Shown here: positions 15,145-25,118 of the stretch, one piece after another
Layout: the number at the start of each line of letters is the position of its first letter
Position numbering within the stretch: the first letter of the stretch is position 1
The notes under the pieces: model-generated
Databases searched by the model: none
Seen by the model: only the letters and a program-made list of their open reading frames with translations
Told to the model about the DNA's origin: nothing
Position numbers and translations under genes: made by a program
Source: a virus
Taxonomy: Duplodnaviria > Caudoviricetes
Virus record (IMG/VR): IMGVR_UViG_3300017909_002275
Location: 1 to 32,844 of that record
Strand: one strand, 5' to 3'
Length of the DNA: 32,844 nucleotides

Positions 15145-15545
15145 CGCCTCTTTTTAACCTCTGTAAAAGCCCGTCTTATCTGGGCGTTTTCATCCACCTC
15201 AAACTCACAACAAGAAACTTTCGTCTTTTTCTTTGTTATGGTTCTGACGCATCTTACCACAATGCGCCTCGTGTCCAAAGCCACATAACAGATTATGTCT
15301 GCATCATCATCTGTAATGATGCGCTTCTGCCTGCTCCCACGGGATGTCATAAAGTTGTATCTTCTGCTTGTCCCGTCCTGATTGGAAGCGGCCTTAACCT
15401 CAACCCTGTAGCTGTTGCTGTCATCATCCAGAACGATAAGGTCAAAGCCTTCATGGTTCACTAAGGCCGTTTTATAACCAAAGCTTTCAAATATAGCTTG
15501 AGCCAGAAGCTCCCCTACTTTGCCGATTTGAGCGGCTCCCCTCAC
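15141..15545 (-). CDS. PD-(D/E)XK endonuclease-like protein
   Basis: GKVGELLA...FDLIV...RVEVK...ADIICYV. Confidence 0.65.
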   Translation of the reverse strand: MRGAAQIGKVGELLAQAIFESFGYKTALVNHEGFDLIVLDDDSNSYRVEVKAASNQDGTSRRYNFMTSRGSRQKRIITDDDADIICYVALDTRRIVVRCVRTITKKKTKVSCCEFEVDENAQIRRAFTEVKKRR

Positions 15546-15567
15546 GATACGTCCTATGAAGATAAGG

Positions 15568-16038
15568 TTACATGTCGGCCATCAAAAATACCAAAACAAG
15601 TAAGAAGAAGATAACAAGCCCAGCAAGAGAAGAGCCTAAAACTATCATCATTTCTTTTCGTTCTTGCTGACGTTTACGCAATATCCGCTTCTGTTCAGCA
15701 ATACGCTCTTTCTCTTCCCTGATGGCCTTGTTGCGCTCTGCAATGATTTGCTGAAAAGTGCCGTGCCCGAAGCGGTGATTGATGAGTGTTCGCATCTCTT
15801 GCATAGCTTCAGCAGCAAGCTTTGCGTCTATGACTTTTGATGCCGCATCTTTTGTTTGTCCAAGAATTGATTTGTCAGAAAAACGCTCTTTTTGCACCTG
15901 TTTTTCACCAGCAAACAGCCCATCCAAGGCACCAGCTATGTCCTTGATGTCGTTGGCTGTCGAGATGTTCTGCTTAATAAAATCGACAGACTTCTGAACC
16001 AAGGCTATTCCAGTAAGGGCGGCACTAATCGGTTCCAT
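15568..16038 (-). CDS. Conserved hypothetical protein, coiled coil with C-terminal TM helix
   Basis: 156-aa ORF MEPISAAL...; hydrophobic C-terminus. Confidence 0.75.
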   Translation of the reverse strand: MEPISAALTGIALVQKSVDFIKQNISTANDIKDIAGALDGLFAGEKQVQKERFSDKSILGQTKDAASKVIDAKLAAEAMQEMRTLINHRFGHGTFQQIIAERNKAIREEKERIAEQKRILRKRQQERKEMMIVLGSSLAGLVIFFLLVLVFLMADM

Positions 16039-16198
16039 TGCTGCGTTCTCGCAATGCTTGCCAAATACGAATCCCTACTAAAACAAGACCACCGCACATG
16101 ACCAAAAGCTCGACCCAAGCAGTCGCGCCAGTCACCCACATTGGGGCACTAATTGCTCCAGCACCAATCGCTATGTCTTGTACGGTCTTGCTCTCCAT
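16025..16198 (-). CDS. Small membrane protein
   Basis: MESKTVQD...hydrophobic helix; TGATG coupling. Confidence 0.6.
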   Translation of the reverse strand: MESKTVQDIAIGAGAISAPMWVTGATAWVELLVMCGGLVLVGIRIWQALRERSNGTD

Positions 16199-16368
16199 CA
16201 GTCTGCATCCTGTATTGTATTGCCAGCGGCAAGATAGTCTACAATCATTTGATGATTTTCTGAACAACACCCAACACCGCCATTATCCAAAGTATACTTT
16301 ACTGCTTTAGGGTTGAGTGTCGAACCATCAAAAGCAGTGTCAATATATTGAGCCGAAACAATTGTCAT
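16198..16368 (-). CDS. Fibre-associated small protein/chaperone 3 (56 aa, absent from the ORF track)
   Basis: MTIVSAQYID...YLAAGNTIQDAD; shares I.SAQY and TIQDAD with 19037-19225. Confidence 0.75.
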   Translation of the reverse strand: MTIVSAQYIDTAFDGSTLNPKAVKYTLDNGGVGCCSENHQMIVDYLAAGNTIQDAD

Positions 16369-17459
16369 AGTTCATCCTCCAACAGAAAATAAGCATCGTC
16401 ATTTATTCCCCACCACACGGTATTGCCACCAACTATTGTTCCAGTTGTAGTTACCATAAAGCCCACCTGAGTACCTACAACAACCCAGTTTTCTATAGCA
16501 GTTACATTATTTCCGCTACTTACAAACGCATTTATAGCTACATCACCGTGTTTGGTAAAAGAACCTGTTCCTTGATAGTGAACATCTTCACCACGCATTT
16601 CGACAGGAATAGGTAAGATAAGTTGTGCAGTGTTGCTATCCCAAGCCCGTCCAAATAAAGATGGATTTGTACGATGAGATTTAATCTTTACGCAATACCT
16701 CTGACACAAAGCTAACTCTTCACCAAAGCTACGATGCTCAAATTCAGTAGCTACAGAACCAACCTCTAACTGAACGCCTGTAAGATAAATCTCATTACTT
16801 GTACTATCTAGGCAATTTACCTGACCTACTGCACGATTGGTTGCAGTATTTTGCCAAGTGTTTGATTGTAATGTGCCGCTAGAAAAGTTACTGCCAGCCG
16901 CAAACCACCACTGCATTGCAAGGCTGAAATTGTTGTCATTATCAAATGCTGTAGTTACATAACCGCTATATGTTAAAGTTACTTTCTGCCAAGTGTTTGC
17001 TGATGTAATGGTATATGCTTGAGCATTATAATATGTGGCATCATTATGCCTTAACTCAAGAATGTGCGTTCCAGTCTTAGGTGACTTTATCCAAAAACTA
17101 ATAGTTAAATCTTTTGCATCACTTGTGCCATAAAGTAAATGCTGTAAGTCTTGACCTTCGAGCCTTTGTATAAGAAGAAAATAATCATTAGCTGATATAT
17201 CAGTATCTGCGGTTGTAATATCAATCTTTAAAGAATTAGCAAATCCCTGACCAGATGGAACATCTGTAGATTGAGAACTTGTTGTTACAGCCGCACCGCC
17301 TTCGGCAGTAAGAAACCTATCACAAGCAGTGTAAGAATTTCCCGTTTGACCTGTTAGGGTTCCCCGTTGATTTACTCTCATGTCGCCATTAAAAACAAGA
17401 TTGCGCCGCCCTGACGGAGTGCTGGGTATCTGTGCTAGTTCTCTTGCGTTGCTAGTCAT
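16365..17459 (-). CDS. Tail fibre / receptor-binding protein 3
   Basis: RRNLVFNGDMRVNQRG...TGVQLEVGSVATEFEHRSFGEELALCQRY. Confidence 0.8.
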   Translation of the reverse strand: MTSNARELAQIPSTPSGRRNLVFNGDMRVNQRGTLTGQTGNSYTACDRFLTAEGGAAVTTSSQSTDVPSGQGFANSLKIDITTADTDISANDYFLLIQRLEGQDLQHLLYGTSDAKDLTISFWIKSPKTGTHILELRHNDATYYNAQAYTITSANTWQKVTLTYSGYVTTAFDNDNNFSLAMQWWFAAGSNFSSGTLQSNTWQNTATNRAVGQVNCLDSTSNEIYLTGVQLEVGSVATEFEHRSFGEELALCQRYCVKIKSHRTNPSLFGRAWDSNTAQLILPIPVEMRGEDVHYQGTGSFTKHGDVAINAFVSSGNNVTAIENWVVVGTQVGFMVTTTGTIVGGNTVWWGINDDAYFLLEDEL

Positions 17460-17638
17460 TATTCGGCCTCCGCAATCGTGAGTGTACCAGCGTCAACTTG
17501 GCGTAGGATTTCAGCATAGTGGCGATTGGCTGGGTCGAATGGAATAGACATCTCCACACCATCAATCGTTGCGGTTACAGAAACATTGCCAGTCTCATCT
17601 GCATTATATTGCGCTGATGTAATATTCATTTCTTCCAT
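17459..17638 (-). CDS. Fibre-associated small protein/chaperone 2
   Basis: DPANRHYAEILRQVDAGTLTI, near identical to 19037-19225. Confidence 0.8.
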   Translation of the reverse strand: MEEMNITSAQYNADETGNVSVTATIDGVEMSIPFDPANRHYAEILRQVDAGTLTIAEAE

Positions 17639-17639
17639 C

Positions 17640-19037
17640 TTACAACTCCGCATCTAAAAATAAGGTTGCGGTGGTGTCGTTATCTGTCCTTACACTTGTA
17701 CCAAACCCCTGACTTTCAGCAATAGATGATACTGCTTGAAAAGCTCCTCCTGAAGGGTATGCTCTAGTAAGAACAATACTACTCAAATTTGCGCCACTTG
17801 GACCAAAACATTCAAAATTACCGCTTGTAGTCATACTAGGAGTTGCTCTCATAACTGGAGAAAATACAAGTTGCACTCTTATCGAAGTAGTGGTGCCAAA
17901 CGTCCCACTTCCAATGTTTCGGTATGCTGACCTGTCTCCAGCCGTGTAGTCTTGGAAGTATCTCCGACATAACTCTAACTCCTCACCAAAGCTGCGATGC
18001 TCAAATTCGGTGGCTACAGAGCCAACTTCAAGTTGAACGCCTGTAATAAAAAATTCATTCGCTGTGTTGTCTGCCAGATTGACTGTTTGACCAACGCATC
18101 GGTTTGCATCTACCAGAGTCGCCCAAGTTGAAGGGATTGTACCTGAGTTATAGTTCGACCCTGCTCCCAACCATACAAGAACCTCAAGGCTTCTGGCGTT
18201 GTCATTGTCTAACGCTGATGCAGTATCACCAACAAAGGTCAGTGTTTTCTTTTCCCAAGTGTCGGCAGAATCAATCGTATATGTTTTGGCAATGTGCTTG
18301 CCCGTGTCTGAGCTGTATAACTCAATGACATAAGTTCCAGTTTTATTAGAACGGACATGAAATGAAAGTGTCACTGATTTTGCGCCAGAAGTTCCATATT
18401 GAAGATGCTGTAAGTTTTGCCCCTCCATTGGAGATACAGACAAAAATACTGCAACATCACTTGCAAGAGATGTATCGGCTGTTGTGCAATCTAATTTATA
18501 AGAATGAGAAAACCCGTCAGGAGTAGTAGTTGACTGGCTAATTGTGTATTCGTGTGTGCCAGCACTATTGAGAGAAACATATTTTACCCTGTCTGGCGCA
18601 TTAGCATATTTAATAACAGCCCCAACACCTGTTTCCGATGTTCCACGCTGTGACACCTGCATGCCACCATTGACAATCAAGTTGCGCCGACCACCAATCT
18701 GACCGCCGTTAATTGAGGGGGTTGTCAGGTCGCCACCAACAGTGACATCTTGGCTAAAGTCACCAGAGAAAACAGAGAAGGTATCAAACGCAAGGATTTC
18801 CAGCGTATCGCCTACTGTGGCACCGCTATCAAGAACAATGCTAGTGCTAGAGGTGGCAGTGTAGTCAGACTTGTCCAGCTTTACGCCGTTGAGAAATACA
18901 TCGGTAAACTCCGCATCGGTGTAGCTCAACGTGCGGTTATGGTCGTCAGTACCACTAAATGTAGTTTGACCAGCAGTCGCTGTGTAGATAAAGCGATTGC
19001 GAATACCTGTTCCAGGAGATTTGCCGATATATGCCAT
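17640..19037 (-). CDS. Tail fibre / receptor-binding protein 2
   Basis: MAYIGKSP, TATAGQTTF...VFLNGVKL domain, then the same RRNL...QRG / VQLEVG core. Confidence 0.8.
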   Translation of the reverse strand: MAYIGKSPGTGIRNRFIYTATAGQTTFSGTDDHNRTLSYTDAEFTDVFLNGVKLDKSDYTATSSTSIVLDSGATVGDTLEILAFDTFSVFSGDFSQDVTVGGDLTTPSINGGQIGGRRNLIVNGGMQVSQRGTSETGVGAVIKYANAPDRVKYVSLNSAGTHEYTISQSTTTPDGFSHSYKLDCTTADTSLASDVAVFLSVSPMEGQNLQHLQYGTSGAKSVTLSFHVRSNKTGTYVIELYSSDTGKHIAKTYTIDSADTWEKKTLTFVGDTASALDNDNARSLEVLVWLGAGSNYNSGTIPSTWATLVDANRCVGQTVNLADNTANEFFITGVQLEVGSVATEFEHRSFGEELELCRRYFQDYTAGDRSAYRNIGSGTFGTTTSIRVQLVFSPVMRATPSMTTSGNFECFGPSGANLSSIVLTRAYPSGGAFQAVSSIAESQGFGTSVRTDNDTTATLFLDAEL

Positions 19038-19225
19038 TAGTCTGCGTCCTGTATCGTAAGTGTGCCAGCATCCACCTGCCGTAGGATTTCGGCGTAGTGG
19101 CGATTGGCTGGGTCGAGTGGGACATACATTTCAACACCATCAATGGTAGCCTTGACAGATATGTTTCCCCCATCGCCCAAAGTGTCTGCAAAATATTGTG
19201 CCGATGTAATTGTCATGCTATCCAT
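19037..19225 (-). CDS. Fibre-associated small protein/chaperone 1
   Basis: VPLDPANRHYAEIL motif, directly after a fibre gene. Confidence 0.8.
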   Translation of the reverse strand: MDSMTITSAQYFADTLGDGGNISVKATIDGVEMYVPLDPANRHYAEILRQVDAGTLTIQDAD

Positions 19226-19227
19226 TT

Positions 19228-20292
19228 TTACATCTCCGCATCTGCTTCTGCGCTTTGAAAGTTTTGAGCATTGTTATCAATATAAACCTGCACCATATCC
19301 TTTGTGTGATATGTAGCGATAACGGCGTCACTTGCTGTTCCTGTTACAGTTGGAACTGCCCTCATTGTTACTGGACAGGCAAGCCTAGCAAATGAGTTAG
19401 TTCCATAGTCTGCGGTATACAAGGTCCTTTCAGTATCAAGTTTATGAAAATACCTCTTACACAGCGCTAAGTCTTCAGCAAAACTAAGATGTTCAAATTC
19501 TGTGGCTACTGTGCCAACTTCCATTTGAACTCCCGTTATAAAAAATGTTCTGCTTGTGCTATCAACAATGCTACCACAGCCAACCGCCCTATCAGGATTA
19601 GAAATAGCACCCCAAGATGTTTGTAAGGAAGAACCGCCAGAAAAATCGCTTCCAGCGTGCATCCATATCAAAAGCCTCAAACCAGAGTTAGCGTTATCAG
19701 CAATTGTTCCAGTGGTATCGGCTGGATATGTTAACTCTACTCGTGTCCAATCTGTCGTAACATTAAAAGATTTTGATACTGTTCTCGAATTAGTTTCATC
19801 TAGCAGTTCAGCAATAAAAGTTATGTTTGAGCTACTTTTTACATAAAAAGAAACAGTAAGCTCTTTCGCATCGCTTGTTCCTTTTGCTAATCTTTGAACA
19901 TCTTGACCTTCTATTTTTTGCTCGAAAACAAAAAATTCAGTTGCCCCAATAGATGTATCGGCAATAGTGCAAGCAAACTTAACAGACTTAGTAAGTCCTG
20001 TTACAGATGGAGCATCTGACTCTTGAGTCATTGTTAATCGTCCAGCATTAACACTGGAGCTTGCCACGTTTACTTTAAATCTATCTACAGTAAAAAATCC
20101 ATCAGCAGTTCCAATCCCTGTTTCTGATGTCCCACGCTGTGCCACCCTCATAGCACCATTGATAATCAGATTGCGCCGCCCACCAATCTGACCGCCGTTT
20201 ATTGAGGGAGTAACAATATTATCTTCAATAGTCAGTGTTTGTGCTGTAGTAGCATCAATAACATCAATCGGCTTTTTGCCAGTATAAGCCAT
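19228..20292 (-). CDS. Tail fibre / receptor-binding protein 1
   Basis: MAYTGKKP; paralogous core. Confidence 0.8.
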   Translation of the reverse strand: MAYTGKKPIDVIDATTAQTLTIEDNIVTPSINGGQIGGRRNLIINGAMRVAQRGTSETGIGTADGFFTVDRFKVNVASSSVNAGRLTMTQESDAPSVTGLTKSVKFACTIADTSIGATEFFVFEQKIEGQDVQRLAKGTSDAKELTVSFYVKSSSNITFIAELLDETNSRTVSKSFNVTTDWTRVELTYPADTTGTIADNANSGLRLLIWMHAGSDFSGGSSLQTSWGAISNPDRAVGCGSIVDSTSRTFFITGVQMEVGTVATEFEHLSFAEDLALCKRYFHKLDTERTLYTADYGTNSFARLACPVTMRAVPTVTGTASDAVIATYHTKDMVQVYIDNNAQNFQSAEADAEM

Positions 20293-20621
20293 CAGGTAAT
20301 CTCCAAAATAGACAGAGCTACATCAGCAGACGTTGCCGCACTGCTGGTCACTTTCAGAATATCTGATGCCTCCATTACAACTTTTTGGTCGCCGCCAACG
20401 ACAACCAAGGAAGAGCCAACTGGTACAGGAGCAGCCTTCACAAGATAAATATTATCTCCATCATTATTCTCCAACTGAACATCAACAGTAATAGATGAAG
20501 AAGTAATATTGGCTACTGACAGGCCAATAATAGTTGTCTCTGTAGAAGCAGGACAAGTATAAATGGTAGCAGCACCAGTGCCAACTCCAGTATCAGTTTC
20601 AAGTTTGAATGTGTTAGCCAT
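20292..20621 (-). CDS. Putative fibre adaptor (MANTFK...SILEIT family)
   Basis: Beta-rich 109 aa between the ALAIALG protein and the MAY.G fibres. Confidence 0.65.
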   Translation of the reverse strand: MANTFKLETDTGVGTGAATIYTCPASTETTIIGLSVANITSSSITVDVQLENNDGDNIYLVKAAPVPVGSSLVVVGGDQKVVMEASDILKVTSSAATSADVALSILEIT

Positions 20622-20624
20622 CTG

Positions 20625-20960
20625 TTACCCCAATGCGATTGCCAAGGCGACAGCGGTGCCAGCTTGGTCAACGTCCAAATTAGCGCGAGCCGCAGATGCT
20701 GTCGATGCGCCCGTGCCGCCATCAGCAACAGCAAGGTCAGTAATCCCAGTAACCGTACCCCCGCTAATCGTAGCAGAGGTAAACGATGGACTGGTCATTG
20801 CCACTGTACCGTCATTTATGTCTGCCAAGTCAGCCATAATCTCACGAAACGCATTGTTTACATGAGATGGGAACATGGCGTTCTCGCCAAGCGGCACATC
20901 CTGAACGTCTGTATTGTTGGCGGCTGTATTGTCGTACTCTGTGATGTTTGCTTTAGTCAT
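20625..20960 (-). CDS. Short fibre/anchor protein
   Basis: N-terminus paralogous to 21265-21969; LAVADGGTGAST repeat motif; ends ALAIALG. Confidence 0.7.
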   Translation of the reverse strand: MTKANITEYDNTAANNTDVQDVPLGENAMFPSHVNNAFREIMADLADINDGTVAMTSPSFTSATISGGTVTGITDLAVADGGTGASTASAARANLDVDQAGTAVALAIALG

Positions 20961-20961
20961 G

Positions 20962-21261
20962 TCAGCCCTCAATCAACTTGGGAGCGCGGCCTTCTGCGGC
21001 AGCCACCATAATCTCTGTATTTAACTGATTTGCCTTTACCATTTCATTGCGAAAGCTCTCAATGGCGGCACCTGCCTGATTGGTCTGACGACCATTCTCA
21101 ATCATCAATACAGGTAGCATTGCCATAGAGCAACCCCACTCAGCCACCTCTTCTCCAGTTTGGGGGTGGGTGCCGCGAATCTCAATAAACCACGCGCAAT
21201 CCATTTGCTTGCAAGGCTCAAAGTTATTGAGTGGACAGTTATGTTTGACTTCCAGCTTCAT
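20962..21261 (-). CDS. Cys-containing conserved hypothetical protein
   Basis: CPL...CKQMDCAWF...WGC...GAAIESFRNE. Confidence 0.75.
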   Translation of the reverse strand: MKLEVKHNCPLNNFEPCKQMDCAWFIEIRGTHPQTGEEVAEWGCSMAMLPVLMIENGRQTNQAGAAIESFRNEMVKANQLNTEIMVAAAEGRAPKLIEG

Positions 21262-21264
21262 GGA

Positions 21265-21969
21265 TTAGTCTTTCGTTGCAATAATTACATCAACATAAGA
21301 GACATCAAGGTCTATTGCTGTGCCAGTAAATGTTGCCGTAGAGCCTGTGTGAGTGTGGCTTTGACCACTACCAAAAGCATAGGTTAGGGACATTGAGTTG
21401 CCACTAGACTCTCCCTGCCAGCCTGTACTATAGCTAACTCCAGTTGTATCAGTTTTTGAAAAAGCCCCCGAAACAGCACCCACAATAGGCTCAGCACCGC
21501 TTGTGCCACGGTTTTTAATGTTTGCGGTACCTGTAATAGATGGGAGTTGAGCTTCAGTAAGAGGGTGTCCAGCAATGGTGACTTCAATAGTACCCGCAGG
21601 GGTGTGACTTGCAAAAGCTGTCTCAAAGGCAACGCTACCACCAGTGCTTACAGTGCCGCTAGTAATACGCAAAGCCTTGTCGTTGTGCGTGGTATCTTTT
21701 GTCCAGCCAGTAGGTGCGGCAGTCTGCTGAAACAACATCTTCGTGCCAGACGGAAAAGCGTCAATCGCTACACTATTAATTGTAGCTGCATCAAAGTCAG
21801 GAGACACAAGAGAAACAGTGCCATCATTGACATCAGCCAAGTCTGCCATGACTTCACGGATTGCGTTATTAATCCCCGCAGGGCTACAGCCCTCATCTAT
21901 GTTCTGGCTTTGCACATCAGTATTTGATGCGGCAGCATTTGCATAATCTCTAATACTATTCTTAGCCAT
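21265..21969 (-). CDS. Tail fibre with collar-like domain
   Basis: FPSGTKMLFQQTAAPTGWTK...HPLTEAQLPS...GSGQSHTH. Confidence 0.75.
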   Translation of the reverse strand: MAKNSIRDYANAAASNTDVQSQNIDEGCSPAGINNAIREVMADLADVNDGTVSLVSPDFDAATINSVAIDAFPSGTKMLFQQTAAPTGWTKDTTHNDKALRITSGTVSTGGSVAFETAFASHTPAGTIEVTIAGHPLTEAQLPSITGTANIKNRGTSGAEPIVGAVSGAFSKTDTTGVSYSTGWQGESSGNSMSLTYAFGSGQSHTHTGSTATFTGTAIDLDVSYVDVIIATKD

Positions 21970-21973
21970 AATT

Positions 21974-24016
21974 TTATTCCTGTCCTAAAAGTCCCAATCC
22001 AACTGCCGATGGAATAACAGTGCGCCGAAGTGGAACCTCAGACAACACATCGCCTACTGGTTGCGTATAGCCACGCAATGTAGATAGTATTGCATCCATT
22101 TTGGTTTTTTGTAACTTACCTGAGTCAACAAGTCTATTTAAGGTTTCTTTTCTTGCGGCTGGCGTTGATGCCATCAAAAGGTCTACAACCTCAGATGCCT
22201 CTTCAGCAGACATTCCTCCCCCAGCCCTGAGATTTCTTGCAATATTACCAGCAAGGACAAACCCAGCAGAGCGAGGTGAGCCAGCACCAACCCTACCAGT
22301 AACAGCAGGTGTCACTGACGACAAAAATGCATCAAACAGACCAGCATCAACCTCCGAAGCCTTTGGTTGCGTAGGCAACATTTCTTTGGCTGATTTAGCC
22401 ATATCAATCTCTCTGCGAACCACCCTTTCAAATCTGGCAAAAGATTCAGGAGAAGGCCAAGCCTCACGAAGGACAGACAGGTTCTTGTCTTTCAAAAAGT
22501 TTTCAAGTTCTAAAATCTTATTGTCAGCCAGCCTTTCTCTAATCGACTGAGAAACACCAATTCTAAAGTTTTCTTTTTCTGCTTCTGTAGCCCCCTTAAG
22601 AAAACTTTTTATCTGCTTTGGCTTCATTCTATCTTTTGGTTTTCCCAAAATGTTAGCACCGTCTTCTGCTGCTTTTATAAGTTTTGAGTATTGCTCAAAA
22701 GAACCCCTCGCTTCGGCATAAGAGGGGTTAACATCATCCAATATGCGAACTAACTGGTCGCGCTGTTTTTTCAAAATTCTATACTGATTATTTCTTCCAG
22801 CTTTTGCCGCTTCAGCCATATCATCATCAAGCTCACGCTTTGCCAAATCAAGGACTCTCATTATCTCTGGGGTTTCTTGCTTGGGGTTATTACTAACAAA
22901 TCTATTTATCTTTGGAATTTTATAACCCTCGTTTCTTAATGTAGTTTTAGCAACAGCAATAGCCCTTGATACATTAGGAAGAACAACAATCTCCTTAAGA
23001 GTTTTTTCCGTTACTGGGTCTACTGTGTTCATAAGTTCTCTACGAGCAGAAACTCCAGTGGGATTAAACTCCATAGCCTGCTCATATAACTCATCAGATT
23101 TCTGAGTTCTCAAAGCACTAAGAGAGCCAACAGTTTCATCTACTGAACCTTGTGGCAAATCTGCCATTTCAGCAATAACTCTATCAACACGACCCGCCTC
23201 ACGAGCGGCCAACTGCTCACTAACAGTAGTTCTTGCGGCACCTCTTGGAGCAGCAGCCTCTTTAACAATGCTTTGAAGCCCCTCTCGAAGAGAAGGCGTT
23301 GTTGCAATCTCAGCAAAGGTAATCGGGCCTTTTTCTCCAACGCGAGCAGCAACTTGCGCTGGAGTAATGCCAGCAGCAGTCATTTCTGTCATAATTCTTT
23401 CTACAGCACGCTCTTCTGGAGATTTAGTCAAGCCCCTAAGATAAGAAGGCACTGAGCCTGCAAGTCTAAACGGCACCCCAAGCAAGGATATTGCTGGTGG
23501 TGCAAGACCACCAATACCACCCCCAATAACAGCACCCTCTAACTCTCGACCTCTCTCAGAAAGACCCGTACCAGCAGCAACCCCGTACGCTGCGCCCTTT
23601 CCCATTTGAGTCAGCAATCCACCACCACCCGTTAAAAGAGCAGAGGGAACAGTACCCAAGGCTTCGGAGGCAGTTCCATAGCCGCCAGTAAGTTTACGAG
23701 CTGCCTCTACTCTTTCTTGAGGCCCCTCAACCCCAACAGCAGCCAAACTCTTTGCAGGAATACCAAGCGTCAAACCCTGAAGAGCTAAAAGGTCAAGAGC
23801 CTGAGCTTCTTCTGTGCGAGGGCCAAGCGGCTGAAAAGCCCCCATAACATTAACAGGGGCTTGGCGAGATTTTTCACTAACCTCCAATGACAATGATGGA
23901 ATTAAACGTGAAAGAAAAGAGCCACCCGAACTAGCATTTGATGAAACAGAACTCCCAGAAGATTTCTGCTTCCTTTTATCAAGTTTTTTTCTTAAATCTT
24001 CTTCAAAGCTAGACAT
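21974..24016 (-). CDS. Putative internal virion (ejection) protein, large
   Basis: 680 aa, Gly/Ala-rich segment then helical; third of three large ORFs after the tail genes. Confidence 0.6.
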   Translation of the reverse strand: MSSFEEDLRKKLDKRKQKSSGSSVSSNASSGGSFLSRLIPSLSLEVSEKSRQAPVNVMGAFQPLGPRTEEAQALDLLALQGLTLGIPAKSLAAVGVEGPQERVEAARKLTGGYGTASEALGTVPSALLTGGGGLLTQMGKGAAYGVAAGTGLSERGRELEGAVIGGGIGGLAPPAISLLGVPFRLAGSVPSYLRGLTKSPEERAVERIMTEMTAAGITPAQVAARVGEKGPITFAEIATTPSLREGLQSIVKEAAAPRGAARTTVSEQLAAREAGRVDRVIAEMADLPQGSVDETVGSLSALRTQKSDELYEQAMEFNPTGVSARRELMNTVDPVTEKTLKEIVVLPNVSRAIAVAKTTLRNEGYKIPKINRFVSNNPKQETPEIMRVLDLAKRELDDDMAEAAKAGRNNQYRILKKQRDQLVRILDDVNPSYAEARGSFEQYSKLIKAAEDGANILGKPKDRMKPKQIKSFLKGATEAEKENFRIGVSQSIRERLADNKILELENFLKDKNLSVLREAWPSPESFARFERVVRREIDMAKSAKEMLPTQPKASEVDAGLFDAFLSSVTPAVTGRVGAGSPRSAGFVLAGNIARNLRAGGGMSAEEASEVVDLLMASTPAARKETLNRLVDSGKLQKTKMDAILSTLRGYTQPVGDVLSEVPLRRTVIPSAVGLGLLGQE

Positions 24017-25110
24017 TATGGATACCGCTTCCTTAACTCTGTTTTTTCATCATAAGTCATAAGCGACCAATCCTCTTCATCGAAACCAGCATCAATCATA
24101 GACTGACTTAAGCCAGAAATGGGGCGCAGAGTCAAACTTCTAGCAGAAAGACCAACAGCAGGAGCAAGTTGATTATAAATATTTGCAGCTTCAGTATAAG
24201 CTATATACTTTTCTTCCATAACCTCCTGAACAGCCCTTCTTATAAGGTCTGGCTCGGCTGTCCAATCTCCTGCATATCCACCCAGTTTTCTCATAACCCT
24301 TTGCGCGTCAGCTTCAGTCAAAACCCCTGGCCCAACAACCTCAGTTCTAAACATACCAAGAAGCCCTTCTTGGTCGCCAATAGCTGCTCTTGCCGCCAAC
24401 TGTTGAGGGGTTAAATCTTGGTCAAAGAATGTTTGGAACTTGCTTTTTAGCATGTCTATTTTACCCGAAAAACCACCCTTAAAGTCGTCAAGTTTGTCCA
24501 AGAATTTTTGACCACCCCTAAGATGCCCCTCAGTTATTGCAAGCTCCTTTGCGCTCTCCGTTAATTGAGCGACATTCATAACACCCTTACCCATAATTCC
24601 AGCAGAGCTGGGCTTGTAAGCAGAAGTGTCAATTTCTGCGCCTGTTGTAATATCAACATATTTGCCAGTTGAGGTATCCAAAACTCCATAAACAAAATCT
24701 TTTGGATTGTCTCTACTCTGAAATATTTCCTTATATTTATATCTTGCGCCAGTTCCTGCACCTCGCGCCCTAGCCAAATCAGCCTGAGCTTTCAGCACAT
24801 CAAGCATAGGCTTTTGCACAGCCTCTTGCTCCGCCGCTCGTAAGGTGGGGAGCATACCAGCAACACCCATTGGGGTAACAGGTCTTAGGTCTGCTGGGTC
24901 ATAAGACATCATAGGTTGAGCCATACGCTGTGCTTCATAGAAGCGCATAACATCAGGAATGTCCCTAATCCCTTGAGCTAAGGGCTGGGCAAGCTGCTGA
25001 CCAAGAAGCCCCGCCCCTTGACCTATGCCACGACCAATGGACCGACCAGCACCAACTGCACTAGAGCCAAGACCAAGAAGACCAGAACGAATATCAGATA
25101 AAAGAGCCAT
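24016..25110 (-). CDS. Putative ejection protein
   Basis: 364 aa, GLLG motifs, GPGVLTEADA; synteny. Confidence 0.55.
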   Translation of the reverse strand: MALLSDIRSGLLGLGSSAVGAGRSIGRGIGQGAGLLGQQLAQPLAQGIRDIPDVMRFYEAQRMAQPMMSYDPADLRPVTPMGVAGMLPTLRAAEQEAVQKPMLDVLKAQADLARARGAGTGARYKYKEIFQSRDNPKDFVYGVLDTSTGKYVDITTGAEIDTSAYKPSSAGIMGKGVMNVAQLTESAKELAITEGHLRGGQKFLDKLDDFKGGFSGKIDMLKSKFQTFFDQDLTPQQLAARAAIGDQEGLLGMFRTEVVGPGVLTEADAQRVMRKLGGYAGDWTAEPDLIRRAVQEVMEEKYIAYTEAANIYNQLAPAVGLSARSLTLRPISGLSQSMIDAGFDEEDWSLMTYDEKTELRKRYP

Positions 25111-25118
25111 AATACAAC

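Noticed and set aside
16365-20292. Diversity-generating retroelement acting on the fibre genes
   Set aside because: No reverse transcriptase, no non-coding template repeat, and differences are not adenine-specific
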